From positions 124,001-188,000 of the forward strand of contig NIVC01000255.1 of assembly GCA_002269645.1 (NCBI GenBank): DNA of 64,000 nt. Reading direction: 5' to 3'. The notes beneath the pieces were generated by a model. It saw only the letters and a program-made list of their open reading frames with translations. It had not been told where the DNA came from and searched no databases. The position numbers and the translations under genes are program-made. The DNA is from Macrostomum lignano (taxonomy: Eukaryota). Positions 1-11,580 of the stretch are shown here, one piece after another. Positions within the stretch are counted from its first letter, which is position 1. Every line of letters begins with the position of its first letter.

Positions 1-326
1 GGCCTGGCTGGCCTTGAGCCGCCGGTGGACATCCGAGGCCTGCGACGACATTGGTGACTGGGACAGTGATGAGGAGGCGGCGACGGAGGTGACGTCTAAG
101 AGCGGCTGGTCTCGGCTGTTGGTTACGCTGAAATCTGCGCTGACTTCGTGGCCGGTGGTGGGACTCTGCCTCGCCTGTGGCAGCCTGCAGTGGAGCTTCC
201 AACTGTGCGCGCTGGGGACTGTGCCGGCTAAGTTCTACAGGCAGATGTTCGGAGCGGTGGACGCCGGTCAGATTTGGCCGAGGATGACTGTTCCATTGGT
301 TGCTATGGCAATAGCGACGCTGTTAG
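1..326 (+). CDS. SLC17-like (sialin/VGLUT family) MFS transporter, internal exon, 5' end outside window
   Basis: Frame 2 reads LKSALTSWPVVGLCLACGSLQWSFQLCALGTVPAKFYRQMFG...PLVAMAIATLL, resembling SLC17 TM7-TM8. Ends at the donor TTAG|GTGAGT (327), phase 1, matching the next exon. Confidence 0.75.
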
Positions 327-739
327 GTGAGTCGGGTTTAAAAAATAGTCATCCTATACATGTAATTAAGCTACCGAATCATTCGACAAGCCAAGGTGGA
401 TCACCTCAGACTCTCGTGCCACGAACCCCCATGGGCGTTCTTATGATGCCATGAAACTACCTTAGGTGTTGTGAGCTGCGTTTGCGCTCTCTGCCTTTCA
501 TTTCCTTGCCGCTTGCTCATTCTGGCGTCTGGTCCCTATCTTTGTCACCATTCTTGCTTTCATTTAAGTTGTCTCGGTAGTTTAGTATTTTCCTTTGGGC
601 TAGTAGAGTGCAATCACGTATCTGGCCGCCGAGGCCCCTTATCGGCTAGCCTCCCCCTTCTTTATCTCTCGTTCTTCAATTCTGAGTTTTGCCCCACCCA
701 CCCGCAGTCGGCTTGGCTTGGTCACAAACATCCATTCAA

Positions 740-2707
740 GTCCTGCGTGGCTTGGCCCCACCCCACAATCCTGCGTGGCTTGGCCCCACCCCACAATCCT
801 GCGTGGCTTGGCCCGACCCCACAATCCTGCGTGGCTTTGCCCCACCCCCCCAATCCTGCGTGGCTTTGCCCCCCCCAATCCTGCGTGGCTTTGCCCCACC
901 CCCCAATCCTGCGTGGCTTTGCCCCACCCCCCAATCCTGCGTGGCTTTGCCCCCCCCAATCCTGCGTGGCTTTGCCCCACCCCCAATCCTGCGTGGCTTT
1001 GCCCCACCCCCAATCCTGCGTGGCTTGGCCCCACCCCCAATCCTGCGTGGCTTTGCCCCACCCCCCAATCCTGCGTGGCTTTGCCCCCACCCCCAATCCT
1101 GCGTGGCTTGGCCCCACCCCCAGTCCTGCGTGGCTTTGCCCCACCCCCCAATCCTGCGTGGCTTTGCCCCACCACCCAATCCTGCGTGGCTTTGCCCCAC
1201 CACCCAATCCTGCGTGGCTTTGCCCCACCCCCCAATCCTGCGTGGCTTTGCCCCACCCCCCCCCAATCCTGCGTGGCTTTGCCCCACCCCCAATCCTGCG
1301 TGGCTTTGCCCCACCCCCCCCCCCCAATCCTGCGTGGCTTTGCCCCACCCCCAATCCTGCGTGGCTTGGCCCCACCCCCAATCCTGCGTGGCTTTGCCCC
1401 ACCCCCCAATCCTGCGTGGCTTTGCCCCACCCCCAATCCTGCGTGGCTTTGCCCCACCCCCAGTCCTGCGTGGCTTTGCCCCACCACCCAATCCTGCGTG
1501 GCTTTGCCCCACCACCCAATCCTGCGTGGCTTTGCCCCACCACCCAATCCTGCGTGGCTTTGCCCCACCCCCAATCCTGCGTGGCTTTGCCCCACCCCCC
1601 CCCCCAATCCTGCGTGGCTTTGCCCCACCCCCCAATCCTGCGTGGCTTTGCCCCACCCCCCCCCCCAATCCTGCGTGGCTTTGCCCCACCCCCCAATCCT
1701 GCGTGGCTTTGCCCCACCACCCAATCCTGCGTGGCTTTGCCCCACCCCCCCCCCCCCAATCCTGCGTGGCTTTGCCCCACCCCCCAATCCTGCGTGGCTT
1801 TGCCCCACCACCCAATCCTGCGTGGCTTTGCCCCACCCCCAATCCTGCGTGGCTTTGCCCCACCCCCCCCCAATCCTGCGTGGCTTTGCCCCCACCCCCA
1901 ATCCTGCGTGGCTTTGACCCACCCCCAGTCCTGCGTGGCTTTGCCCCACCCCCAGTCCTGCGTGGCTTTGCCCCACCCCCCAATCCTACGTGGCTTTGCC
2001 CCACCCCCAATCCTGCGTGGCTTTGACCCACCCCCAGTCCTGCGTGGCTTTGCCCCACCCCCAATCCTGCGTGGCTTTGCCCCCACCCCCAATCCTCCGT
2101 GGCTTTGCCCCACCCCCAGTCCTGCGTGGCTTTGCCCCACCCCCAATCCTGCGTGGCTTTGCCCCACCCCCAGTCCTGCGTGGCTTTGCCCCACCCCCAG
2201 TCCTGCGTGGCTTTGCCCCCCCCCCAGTCCTGCGTGGCTTTGCCCCACCCCCCAATCCTACGTGGCTTTGCCCCACCCCCAATCCTGCGTGGCTTTGACC
2301 CACCCCCAGTCCTGCGTGGCTTTGCCCCACCCCCAATCCTGCGTGGCTTTGCCCCCACCCCCAATCCTCCGTGGCTTTGCCCCACCCCCAGTCCTGCGTG
2401 GCTTTGCCCCACCCCCAATCCTGCGTGGCTTTGCCCCACCCCCAGTCCTGCGTGGCTTTGCCCCACCCCCAGTCCTGCGTGACTTTGCCCCACCCCCCCC
2501 CAATCCTGCGTGGCTTTGCCCCACCCCCAGTCCTGCGTGGCTTTGCCCCACCCCCAGTCCTGCGTGACTTTGCCCCACCCCCAGTCCTGCGTGGCTTTGC
2601 CCCACCCCCCAATCCTACGTGGCTTGGCCCCCACCCCCCAATTCTGCGTGGCTTGGCCCCCACCCCCCAATCCTGCGTGGCTTTGCCCCACCCCCAGTCC
2701 TGCGTGG
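740..2707. repeat. Intronic minisatellite, ~28-33 bp unit CCCCAATCCTGCGTGGCTTTGCCCCA(C)n
   Basis: Head-to-tail copies with a variable poly-C length; source of all ORFs between 471 and 2830. Confidence 0.97.
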
Positions 2708-2859
2708 CTAGTTATACCAGCCTTAAAATGGGTCAGTACAGTTAGTTATAAGTCAAGTATAGTTGGCTACGGCTTTTACGTCACGTATATAGTAAATATA
2801 CTGACGAGAGTTGCTTCACACCTTGGTTGATAAGACTCAAAATCCGACCACCTCTACAG

Positions 2860-3138
2860 GCGGTCAACTCATCGACCGGCTGAGCTCCAGTTGCATGTCA
2901 GCCACAGCTAGCCGTCGTTTGACAGTCTGTCTAGGACTGGGCTGCCTGTCTGCCTGTCTGGCCAGTCTGTCTGCCGCCGCAGGCTGGCTTGGCATCGATG
3001 CGACCGTCGGCCTGATGAGTATCGGCTTGGCCGGAGCCGGGCTGGCCGCTGCCGGGCTGGCCGCCTGCCTGCTTGACTTGGCGCCTGGCGAGGCCGCCGT
3101 GTTGTCAGGACTTGCCGCGGCTGTGGGGAATGGAATGG
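2860..3138 (+). CDS. SLC17-like transporter exon (TM8-TM11)
   Basis: Acceptor CTACAG|, then GGQLIDRL...RRL...GLAGAGLAAAGLAACLLDLAPGEAAVLSGLAAAVGNGM, matching the SLC17 GGxIADxL and LDIAPxxAxxLxG motifs. Donor G|GTGAGT at 3139. Confidence 0.8.
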
Positions 3139-3477
3139 GTGAGTCGGAGGGGGGGGGGTAGGCTGACGATGACTCCGTGTGCGAGCAGGTGTCAGATTGA
3201 CTGATTGATTGTAATGAAAAATACTGTAAGGGTCACAAGTTGGTTAAATCATGAGGATGCAATTGAGGGAAGGAACCTCTAGAAGAAGTCAGCTAGACTG
3301 TAGTTGCTAAATATTAGAAATATTAGATTTCGTGATAGGTCGTAGCGCTCGATGCTTTTTAAATACGGAATGTACATTATCGCTTAAACTTCATGATCTA
3401 TGGTTGATAGCTCGTAACTTAATGAGCTGATGGTGAGGCTACGAAGGAAAAAGTACAACGACATTTAAGATTATACT

Positions 3478-4120
3478 AACTGTGACCTGAGACAGTGACC
3501 AGAGACAGTGACCAGAGACAGTGACCTGAGACAGTGACCTGAGACAGTGACCTGAGACAGTGACCAGAGACAGTGACCAGAGACAGTGACCTGAGACAGT
3601 GACCTGAGACAGTGACCTGAGACAGTGACCTGAGACAGTGACCTCCTGAGACAGTGACCTCCTGAGACAGTGACCTCCTGAGACAGTGACCTGAGACAGT
3701 GACCTGAGACAGTGACCTCCTGAGACAGGGACCTGAGACAGGGACCTGAGACAGTGACCTGAGACAGGGACCTGAGACAGTGACCTGAGACAGTGACCTG
3801 AGACAGTGACCTCCTGAGACAGGGACCTGAGACAGTGACCTGAGACAGTGACCTGAGACAGCGACCTGAGACAGTGACCTGAGACAGTGACCTGAGACAG
3901 TGACCTGAGACAGTGACCTCCTGAGACAGGGACCTGAGACAGTGACCTCCTGAGACAGGGACCTGAGACAGTGACCTGAGACAGGGACCTGAGACAGCGA
4001 CCTGAGACAGCGACCTCCTGAGACAGGGACCTGAGACAGTGACCTGAGACAGTGACCTGAGACAGTGACCTGAGACAGTGACCTGAGACAGTGAGCTGAG
4101 ACAGTGACCTGAGACAGTGA
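3478..4120. repeat. Intronic minisatellite, 13-16 bp unit GACAGTGACCTGA
   Basis: Directly visible tandem array. Confidence 0.95.
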
Positions 4121-4151
4121 TCTAACTAATAAACAATGCACCATTCCGCAG

Positions 4152-4447
4152 GCGCGGCTTCCCACTGCGTGGCGCATCACGTGACCCGAGGCCAGGCTGG
4201 GCTGACCGAGTGGCGGTCGCTGCTGGCGGCGGCTTCAGCGCTGCTGGCGACTGGCACTGCGACCTTCGGCCTGCTCGGCTCCGGAGAGGTGCAACCCTGG
4301 GCCGGTGGCTCCGGGGCTCACGGAGAATTCAGCCGCCTTCTGGAGGAGGCCAGCGACAGGACGGAGAAGCCGCAAGTGAATATCGACTACAGCTCCATCA
4401 ATGGCTGCGGAGAGGCTGGGGAGGCTGGGTGCCAGAGCGAGACCTGA
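4152..4447 (+). CDS. SLC17-like transporter terminal exon (TM12 and tail)
   Basis: Acceptor CCGCAG|, phase 1; EWRSLLAAASALLATGTATFGLLGSGEVQPWA matches the SLC17 EWxxVF...SGExQPWA signature; stop at 4445-4447. Confidence 0.82.
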
Positions 4448-4830
4448 GATGTAGGAAGTTGTCGATGATGGAGAGGCTGAGGAGGCTGGGGACCTGAGCA
4501 GTGGGGAGTTGTTGATGATGGAGAGGCTGAGGAGGCTGGAGACCTGAGCAGTGGGGAGTTGTTGATGATGGAGAAGCTTGGGAGGCTGAGGACCTGAGCA
4601 GTGGGGAGTTGTTGATGATGTAGAGGCTGGGGAAGCTGGAGACCTGAGCAGTGGGGAGTTGTTGATGATGGAGAGGCTGGGGAGGCTGGGGACCTGAGCA
4701 GTGGGGAGTTGTTGATGATGTAGAGGCTGGGGAGGCTGGAGACCTGAGCATTGGGGAGTTGTTGATGATGGAGAGGCTGGGGAGGCTGAGGACCTGAGCA
4801 GTGGGGAGTTCTTGATGATGGAGAGACTGG
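4440..4830. repeat. ~57 bp tandem repeat starting at the SLC17 stop codon
   Basis: Unit GACCTGAGCAGTGGGGAGTTGTTGATGATGGAGAGGCTGGGGAGGCTGG, about 7 copies. Confidence 0.92.
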
Positions 4831-6049
4831 GTGTCGAAACTAACTGATTTAACTTGCTTAACAGCTTCATTTTTTAAGTGTCAGGTTGTCGGTGCAGGGA
4901 CTGATGTTGTGTCTTAGTGTCGTTTCATAGTGCTCTATCGGTGCAAGGTTCATTTTAATTTGTTTTTTAGTAATTTGCGCATAAACAGGTACTGAGCCAT
5001 GCTTACTATTGTAGTACTAAGCTTCATTGAAGCTTGGCTTCTAATGAAGAAATAAATATAAATTTTGGCTCAAAAGCCAAACTTTGGGTCGAAGAAACTT
5101 AATCGGAAAACCGCGAAACTACTAGTTCTTTGAAATAATATTTGAAGACTTAATTTACGGGTAAGAATGCACTACGACTACTTTTATCAAGATGGGATCT
5201 TTTTTGACGATATAATAACAATATCTGTAACTAAGCACTACAAATGCACTATTGTACCAAAAATTATTAATAGGTAATCTAATTCAACAATCTGCATGCA
5301 GATTTAAAATTTAACACAATCAAAAATATTCAAGAAGCATTTAAAACTTTTTATTGAGGTTAAACTAAAAAACCAGAGACTATGCTACAGTTACTAATCA
5401 TTGTTTCATTGCTAATTAAGTACTTCAGTAGTATAGTCTAAAACATGCTTTTGACGATTTCTGCTCTATGTGACTATATCAGATATAAACCCTGCATTGC
5501 AGATGTGTGTAAGTGTAACTAAGTTTTTCGAATATAAAGTATGAAGAATTGCCATCAGCGCTGGTTGTTGTGGCACAAGGTCTCCGAAGGCGTTGCTCCA
5601 GGGTGCACGCAGGTGTGACAGTGTGATTCGTAGAAGCGTGTATCGTATTTCTTTATTTTCATATGCATACCGTACTACTACTGTATTCTTTCATTTATTT
5701 TAACAATATTCGTACGTATTATTATCGCGCTATTTTTTACTGTAAATTGCTTTGTTCTTGTAGCCTCGTATGTATTTATTCTATTATTTGTATTTCATTC
5801 ATGTCGTTATTATTTCTCGTAAAGTAGTTCTACCTATGTACATGTACTGACGTATGTTATTCTTGCATGATATATTTTATCGATTAATTTGTACATGTAC
5901 ATTGCGCGCCGCGTGGGGGTTGTTTGTTTGGGTTTTGGATTAAGGGTGTTGTTGTTATCTGTTTACCTTTAAATATATGCTTACACTGCAGTCAGCAGCC
6001 GCTCTCGCCCTTCCCCTTGCTTCGCGGGCAGGGCACACACACAGGAAAC

Positions 6050-6362
6050 GGTGGGTTTTTAAAAGCGGCTGGAGCCTCGACTCCCTCCTGAGCCTCATCA
6101 GCCACGTGAAGCTGGCCAACGGGTCGCTCGAGACGAAGCGACTGTCGTTGAGCAGCGCCTAAGACGATGTCCCGTCGAAGCGGGCGCCCTCCTCAGTCCA
6201 CTGCAGGTTCGCGCTCTCCATTCGGTGGCTGCCGCCGCCGCTGTCGCTCTGGCACACCAGGTTGCTGAACCGGCTGCTCCCACCTGCCAGCCAACGACAA
6301 CGCGCGATACACCGAGCACTGCGACTGCTGCACTGCAGCTCCAGCTCCGATCGTGACGGCAC
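6050..6362 (-). pseudogene. Possible LamG/concanavalin-like domain remnant with in-frame stop
   Basis: Minus frame reads SNLV...LQWTEEGARFDGTSS*ALLND...ASFTWLMRLRRE; TAG at 6161-6159 falls where LamG-like folds usually have Tyr (FDGxxSY). Judged by eye only. Confidence 0.35.
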
Positions 6363-6659
6363 CGCTTGCCTGCATCATGCGACACACCTGCTGGTAGTGG
6401 AAGAGCGAGCACACACCTGTCTGCTTGTTCTACTCAAGCACCAGGTCGTCAGGCTCGCTGCTCGCTTTCAACACACAGGCTTGCAGGCCTCCTGTCGTTG
6501 GTTGCCAAGTCAACAAGAGGTCTCACCAGCTCGTATGTACAACATAAGTCGGCAAACTTTTTTACCGCAAGGGCCAAATAGAGAACCTAACGCAGAACTG
6601 CGGGCCACAGGAGAAAGGAGCTGTAAGAGAATAAAGGAGAAGAAAGAGGAGGAGACAAT

Positions 6660-7030
6660 CAATACGATAGGGGAAAGGAGGGACAGGAGAGGAGAGAGCA
6701 GAGGATCGAAAGAGGAAAGAAGAGAGGAGAGGATCGAGAGAGGAGGGGAGAGGAAAGGGGGGAGGAGAAAGGAGAGAGGAAAAGGAGAGGAGAGGATGGA
6801 GAGAGGAGAGGAGAGGAGAGGCGAGGGGAGAGAGGAGAGGGGAGAGGAAAGAGGAGAGAAGAGATGAGAGGATGGAGAGAGAAGAGGAGAGGAAAGAGGA
6901 GAAGGGAGAGGAGAGAGGAGAGGATCGAGAGAGGAGAGGAGAGGAAAGAGAAGGGGAGAGGAGAAAATAGAGGACATGGGAACGGAGAGAAAAGGAGAGG
7001 AGATTGGAGAAGATCGAGCTGAGAAGAGAC
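6660..7030. repeat. Purine-rich (GGAGA)n low-complexity tract
   Basis: Degenerate AG-only repeat. Confidence 0.9.
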
Positions 7031-7325
7031 ACAACCCTTGTTGGATTGCCATTGTAAAGTTTCAAAGGACCGGAAGGCCGAAAAGAGACGCTGGCCGGAG
7101 TTTTCCGAATTGTACATGTACAAGTATGTATGCATATACAGGTATATATATTGCATATATATACTGCAAGTCCTTAAGACTTATATATATTGCAAGTCCT
7201 TAAGTGACAGAGTAAATCATATCTCTAACTATTACTGCATACATTCAGTTCCAGCGGAGGGTGGTTAACATCTCTTGCATCGATAATGTTCATAAGATCT
7301 AAATCAAGACTATTTAATAATTGCG

Positions 7326-8459
7326 TCAACAGCGAGTTGCAGTACATGTAGATGACGGGGCTGCCGTGACCACTGCAGTCGCTGCTGTGGCGACCGTGGC
7401 CACAGCGGAGGGCCGGTAGTCGATGGAGCTCAGCCGCAGCTGTCGCTTGACAGCCAGTCGAAACCTCGGGTTGGCGTACACGTAGATGAAAAAGTTACAG
7501 GCGCCATCGAGCGAGGCGATGAAGTTCCCGACGAGGCCAATAACGATGTAGACTGGAGTGGGCACCGTCAGCAGGACGTTGAATCCGAACAGGATCATGG
7601 GGATCTGGCAGAGGAGGTACAGCTGCAGAAGGAGCACAATCACCCGAGTCGTGTCTTTACGCTGCTGGCCGTCAAAGCCTCGATTAGGTTGTCCAGTCCA
7701 GGCAAAACGAAGTCCTCGACGACGCAGGGACCGCAGCAGATAGATGTTGGCCAGCACGGCGACAACTACCGGAGTGACCGTCTGCAGTCCGTAGTTCACT
7801 ATGGTTGTGTACACTGGGAACACGCGGCTGGCAACTATGGCGACTCGATAGAGACCGTCCGAGCAGAGACACAGGACGGTGCTCACCTCCAGACAGCGGA
7901 TTACCGAAGTAGCCAAGCTGACTGTCCAGATCGAAGCCAAGCAGGCGGCTGTCCGGTTTCTGGAGAACCACAGGTTGGCACGGATTGGCCAGCGAATCTT
8001 GGCGCCGCGCACCACGGACACGAACAGCATGGTCCAGTTGTGCGCGGTCAGGAACGGCGCCCGCAGCGCCCACGCGATCGGGTGAGCGTACACGACAAAG
8101 TTGAAGAACTCAGAGCTCCAGGCCGGCACAGACTCCAGCGTGTGGCAGGCATTGTCGATGGTGTTTCCGATCACAAATATCGTGTCAGTGACGGCCAGAG
8201 ACCGCAGCTGCAGGGCCAGCGCACAGTCAGACTCCACCCGACCCAGAGCCGCAAAGGCGATGCAGTTGCACACAACCGCCACGAGGCACACCAGAGTCTG
8301 CAGAACGTTAAACGTTACGTAGAACGAGATGAACCAGAGTTCATTTTGATGCGACCAGCGCTCCAACTCCACTTCACTTGAGCAGTTGATTTCTACACCG
8401 AATCGGTAAGAACTTATGCTCATCTGCTGCATTGCGTTCAGCTGCCAGGGCTGGTCCAT
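7326..8459 (-). CDS. Intronless rhodopsin-class (class A) GPCR, peptide/FMRFamide-receptor-like orphan, 377 aa
   Basis: Seven hydrophobic segments; TM1 VAVVCNCIAF, TM2 LRSLAVTDTIF, TM3 end SVVRGAKIRWP, TM5 TVTPVVVAVLAN, TM6 LYLLCQIP, TM7 ACNFFIYVYANPRFR. Confidence 0.9.
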   Translation of the reverse strand: MDQPWQLNAMQQMSISSYRFGVEINCSSEVELERWSHQNELWFISFYVTFNVLQTLVCLVAVVCNCIAFAALGRVESDCALALQLRSLAVTDTIFVIGNTIDNACHTLESVPAWSSEFFNFVVYAHPIAWALRAPFLTAHNWTMLFVSVVRGAKIRWPIRANLWFSRNRTAACLASIWTVSLATSVIRCLEVSTVLCLCSDGLYRVAIVASRVFPVYTTIVNYGLQTVTPVVVAVLANIYLLRSLRRRGLRFAWTGQPNRGFDGQQRKDTTRVIVLLLQLYLLCQIPMILFGFNVLLTVPTPVYIVIGLVGNFIASLDGACNFFIYVYANPRFRLAVKRQLRLSSIDYRPSAVATVATAATAVVTAAPSSTCTATRC

Positions 8460-8796
8460 GCTGGTCTGAAGGAAGTTTATCTCGCTCCTGTGTTTGCACT
8501 GCTGGTCAATTTATAATGCACCGAATCTAGCCATGCTTGAGAAACTTCTATCGATAAAACTTCACGATTGGAACTTTTATATTTGGAAATCAGTTTTTAT
8601 CGCGGAGCATCGAAAATACTGACTTCAGTGGAATTGCATTAGTCTCAAAAGAGCTTGCCAAGTGTTAGTATTTGATCATTTCGTCGGGCGATAACATGTG
8701 TGAAACAGACGGTTTCCGGATGCACAAAAAAGTTTTTTATGAACTGAGTCCGTTAAAGACGCATATTGGCTGCCATAAATCTGTACAGCTTCCCAT

Positions 8797-9585
8797 CAGT
8801 GACCCTACAGCTCCCCCCATCAGTGACCCTACATCTCCCCCATCAGTGACCCTACAGCTCCAGTGACCCTACAGCTCCCCCCATCAGTGACCCTACAGCT
8901 CCACATCAGTGACCCTACAGCTCCACATCAGTGACCCTACAGCTCCCCATCAGTGACCCTACAGCTCCCCATCAGTGACCCTACATCTCTCCCATCAGTG
9001 ACCCTACAGCTCCACATCAGTGACCCTACAGCTCCACATCAGTGACCCTACAGCTCCACATCAGTGACCCTACAGCTCCACATCAGTGACCCTACAGCTC
9101 CACATCAGTGACCCTACAGCTCCACATCAGTGACCCTACAGCTCCACATCAGTGACCCTACAGCTCCACATCAGTGACCCTACAGCTCCCCATCAGTGAC
9201 CCTACAGCTCCCCATCAGTGACCCTACAGCTCCACATCAGTGACCCTACAGCTTCACATCAGTGACCCTACAGCTCCACATCAGTGACCCTACAGCTCCA
9301 CATCAGTGACCCTACAGCTCCTCATCAAAGACCCTACAGCTCCCCATCAGTGACTACAGCTCCCGATCAGTGACCCTACAGCTCCCTCATCAGTGACCCT
9401 ACAGCTCCCCCATCAGTGACCCTACAGCTCCCCCATCAGTGACCCTGCATCTCTCCCATCAGTGACCCTACAGCTCCACATCAGTGACCCTACAGCTCCA
9501 CATCAGTGACTACAGCTCCACATCAGTGACCCTACAGCTCCTCATCAAAGACCCTACAGCTCCCCATCAGTGACCCTACAGCTTC
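8797..9585. repeat. Minisatellite, 21-23 bp unit CATCAGTGACCCTACAGCTCC(A/C)
   Basis: Directly visible tandem array between the GPCR and the lectin. Confidence 0.95.
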
Positions 9586-9798
9586 CAACATGTACTTTTC
9601 CGAAGTTCTTATAGTCAGATCTCTGTTATTTTATTTATGTAAGTTTAAGAAGCATTCTGACATCATATATTGATGTCGGGAAGATAAGTATATTTATTTC
9701 CGACAATCTGCTAGATAGCCAGACAATAGTCACAAATCCACTCCCATTACCAAAATCTTATGCTGTAATTGAACTCGTAGTATCGGGGACTGACGGTC

Positions 9799-11580
9799 TC
9801 AGGAACAATGGACAGACATCGCTTTCCCGACATCTTCTTGTCTCAGTTGCTTCTCAGCCAGTCCGAAGCATCTCACGCAAAGGCCCGGGTTCTTATCGAA
9901 GTAGCTGTACCCGTATCCAATCTGCAGCTGTTGACGTCCGAGTTCAAACGGCGAGTCGAACTTCTCAGAGTAGCGCTTGCTTGCAGGGGACTCGCCATTG
10001 ATGCTAGAGCTCAAAACTTGGTCTTTCATTGTCAGTGTGATGTCGCAAGGAGATCCACGGCACTGGTGAGCATCGTACACGTGGCGGTTAAAATAGATAA
10101 ACGAGTGCGTGGCATTTCCAGGCACCATCGTGTTCACTTCAAGGACAAATGCGCCTGTCGAATTGTGCCAGAAGCCATGAACAAGGTATGGATAGTGACT
10201 CGGCCTGTCCGACAGAACAGAGAAAAAGTTCATTCGGTTCTTATTGGCTTGCTGCAGCCTGAAGTACATAGTCCATTCTCCAGTTGAGAAAACAGATTTT
10301 GCGTAGGATGTGAACCCTCCGACACCGAAATATTCCTGGTAGATGCTACCATTCATCTTAAAGCAGGCCCCGGCCTCTGCCGACCTCTCCACGCCGAACT
10401 GGTCCTCGATGGCGAATGCGCGCGGGTCCACCAGGTTGTCGAGGCCTCTTCTGAAGTCGAACGCAGCCACGAGGCCGTCCACAGGTGGAGTGACGCCTCC
10501 TTCAGGTGCAGAGGTGACGCCTCCGTCAGGTGTGGAGGTGACGCCTCCGTCATGTGTGAAGGTGACGCCTCCGTCATGTGTGGAGGTGACGCCTCCGTCA
10601 GGTGCAGAGGTGACGCCTCCGTCAGGTGTGGAGGTCCCGTCCGACGCCTCCGTCTTGCACACGAACCTGTGCCTGCTGTGGCACCTGTCGCTGCGCAGTC
10701 GACCAGCTGACAGCGTGACGCAGTTCACAGTCCAGTCCGCACTGTCCGGGTGTCCAGTCTCCCATGCGGGCAGCTTGTTGTCGTGTTTCCCTGAGAAATC
10801 CGTCCACTGGTAGCAGAGCTCGCGACCCGCACTGTCAGGGAAGCAGGGGTTCAGCTTGATGAGGCCGAGCCACACCGAGTCGAGCAGCTCTGCCGACTCG
10901 CAGCTGTCGATTCCGAAGCTGAGCTTGTTCACAAAGTCCAGCTCAGACTGGGTGAGCACCGACGCCAGCTGCGACCAGTTTCGCTGGCAGTAGAAGTTGG
11001 CCTCGTTGAAGTTGGCCTCAAACTGCGGCATCACGTAGCACTGCTCGTCGTGCAGCCACCAGCCGCTGGGACATCGGCCCTTCGACCGCCACCACAAGTC
11101 GACGAGACTGCTGGAGTTGGCGCTCAACTTGCACACAAACGGGTGCCGCTCGTGATACAGTGAGTTGAGCCACCACTCACCGTCACTTCGGATCAAAGGC
11201 TTGTGAACGCTGTCCAGCTGAGAGAAGTTGTGTCTCTCGAAGCTCCCTACGCCGCCGCCGTCCGTCCACCTGTAGCTTGTAGGGTCGGCCAGACGGTCGA
11301 GGTCGGTGCCGAACAAACCGATCCAGGCGTCTCTGCAGTGAGACAGTCGGCCTACCAGTCGGTTCTCTTGCTCACTTTGGATGGACGCGAGCTGAGCCCG
11401 GTGAGACAGACACGTCTGCTCGGCCTGAAACCAGTAGTTCGGCTCGCTGAACCACTTGTAGCATGAGTGAGCTCGGTGTGTCCAGCCGTGTCCGGGACAC
11501 TGAGCAGAGGCGGCGCCGGTGAGCAGCAGAGCTGCAGTGGCTGCGGCGAGGCAGGCAGCGAGTAGCTGGCGGTGCTGCAT
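9799..11580 (-). CDS. Secreted C-type lectin: signal peptide, two CTLDs, Thr/Gly repeat linker, C-terminal LamG-like domain (593 aa from ATG 11580)
   Basis: Single long ORF. Hydrophobic leader; CTLD motifs CPGHGW..SCY, WIGL, FVCK and CPSGW..QCY, WLGL, NCV..C...FVCK; linker TS(T/A)(P/H)DGGV x6; then LVAAFDF...WTMYFRL resembling LamG. Confidence 0.9.
   Translation of the reverse strand: MQHRQLLAACLAAATAALLLTGAASAQCPGHGWTHRAHSCYKWFSEPNYWFQAEQTCLSHRAQLASIQSEQENRLVGRLSHCRDAWIGLFGTDLDRLADPTSYRWTDGGGVGSFERHNFSQLDSVHKPLIRSDGEWWLNSLYHERHPFVCKLSANSSSLVDLWWRSKGRCPSGWWLHDEQCYVMPQFEANFNEANFYCQRNWSQLASVLTQSELDFVNKLSFGIDSCESAELLDSVWLGLIKLNPCFPDSAGRELCYQWTDFSGKHDNKLPAWETGHPDSADWTVNCVTLSAGRLRSDRCHSRHRFVCKTEASDGTSTPDGGVTSAPDGGVTSTHDGGVTFTHDGGVTSTPDGGVTSAPEGGVTPPVDGLVAAFDFRRGLDNLVDPRAFAIEDQFGVERSAEAGACFKMNGSIYQEYFGVGGFTSYAKSVFSTGEWTMYFRLQQANKNRMNFFSVLSDRPSHYPYLVHGFWHNSTGAFVLEVNTMVPGNATHSFIYFNRHVYDAHQCRGSPCDITLTMKDQVLSSSINGESPASKRYSEKFDSPFELGRQQLQIGYGYSYFDKNPGLCVRCFGLAEKQLRQEDVGKAMSVHCS
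10476..10640 (-). repeat. Coding 24-bp tandem repeat (TSxxDGGV linker)
   Basis: Six full units and one partial in frame; absent from the paralogue at 62867. Confidence 0.9.

Noticed and set aside
471-2830. Long ORFs (up to 698 aa) in several frames
   Set aside because: Translations of a minisatellite lacking stops, located in an SLC17 intron; open on both strands.
5977-6867. Short GC-rich ORFs on both strands
   Set aside because: No coherent product; the longest runs into the AG-rich tract. Only the weak LamG-like remnant was retained.
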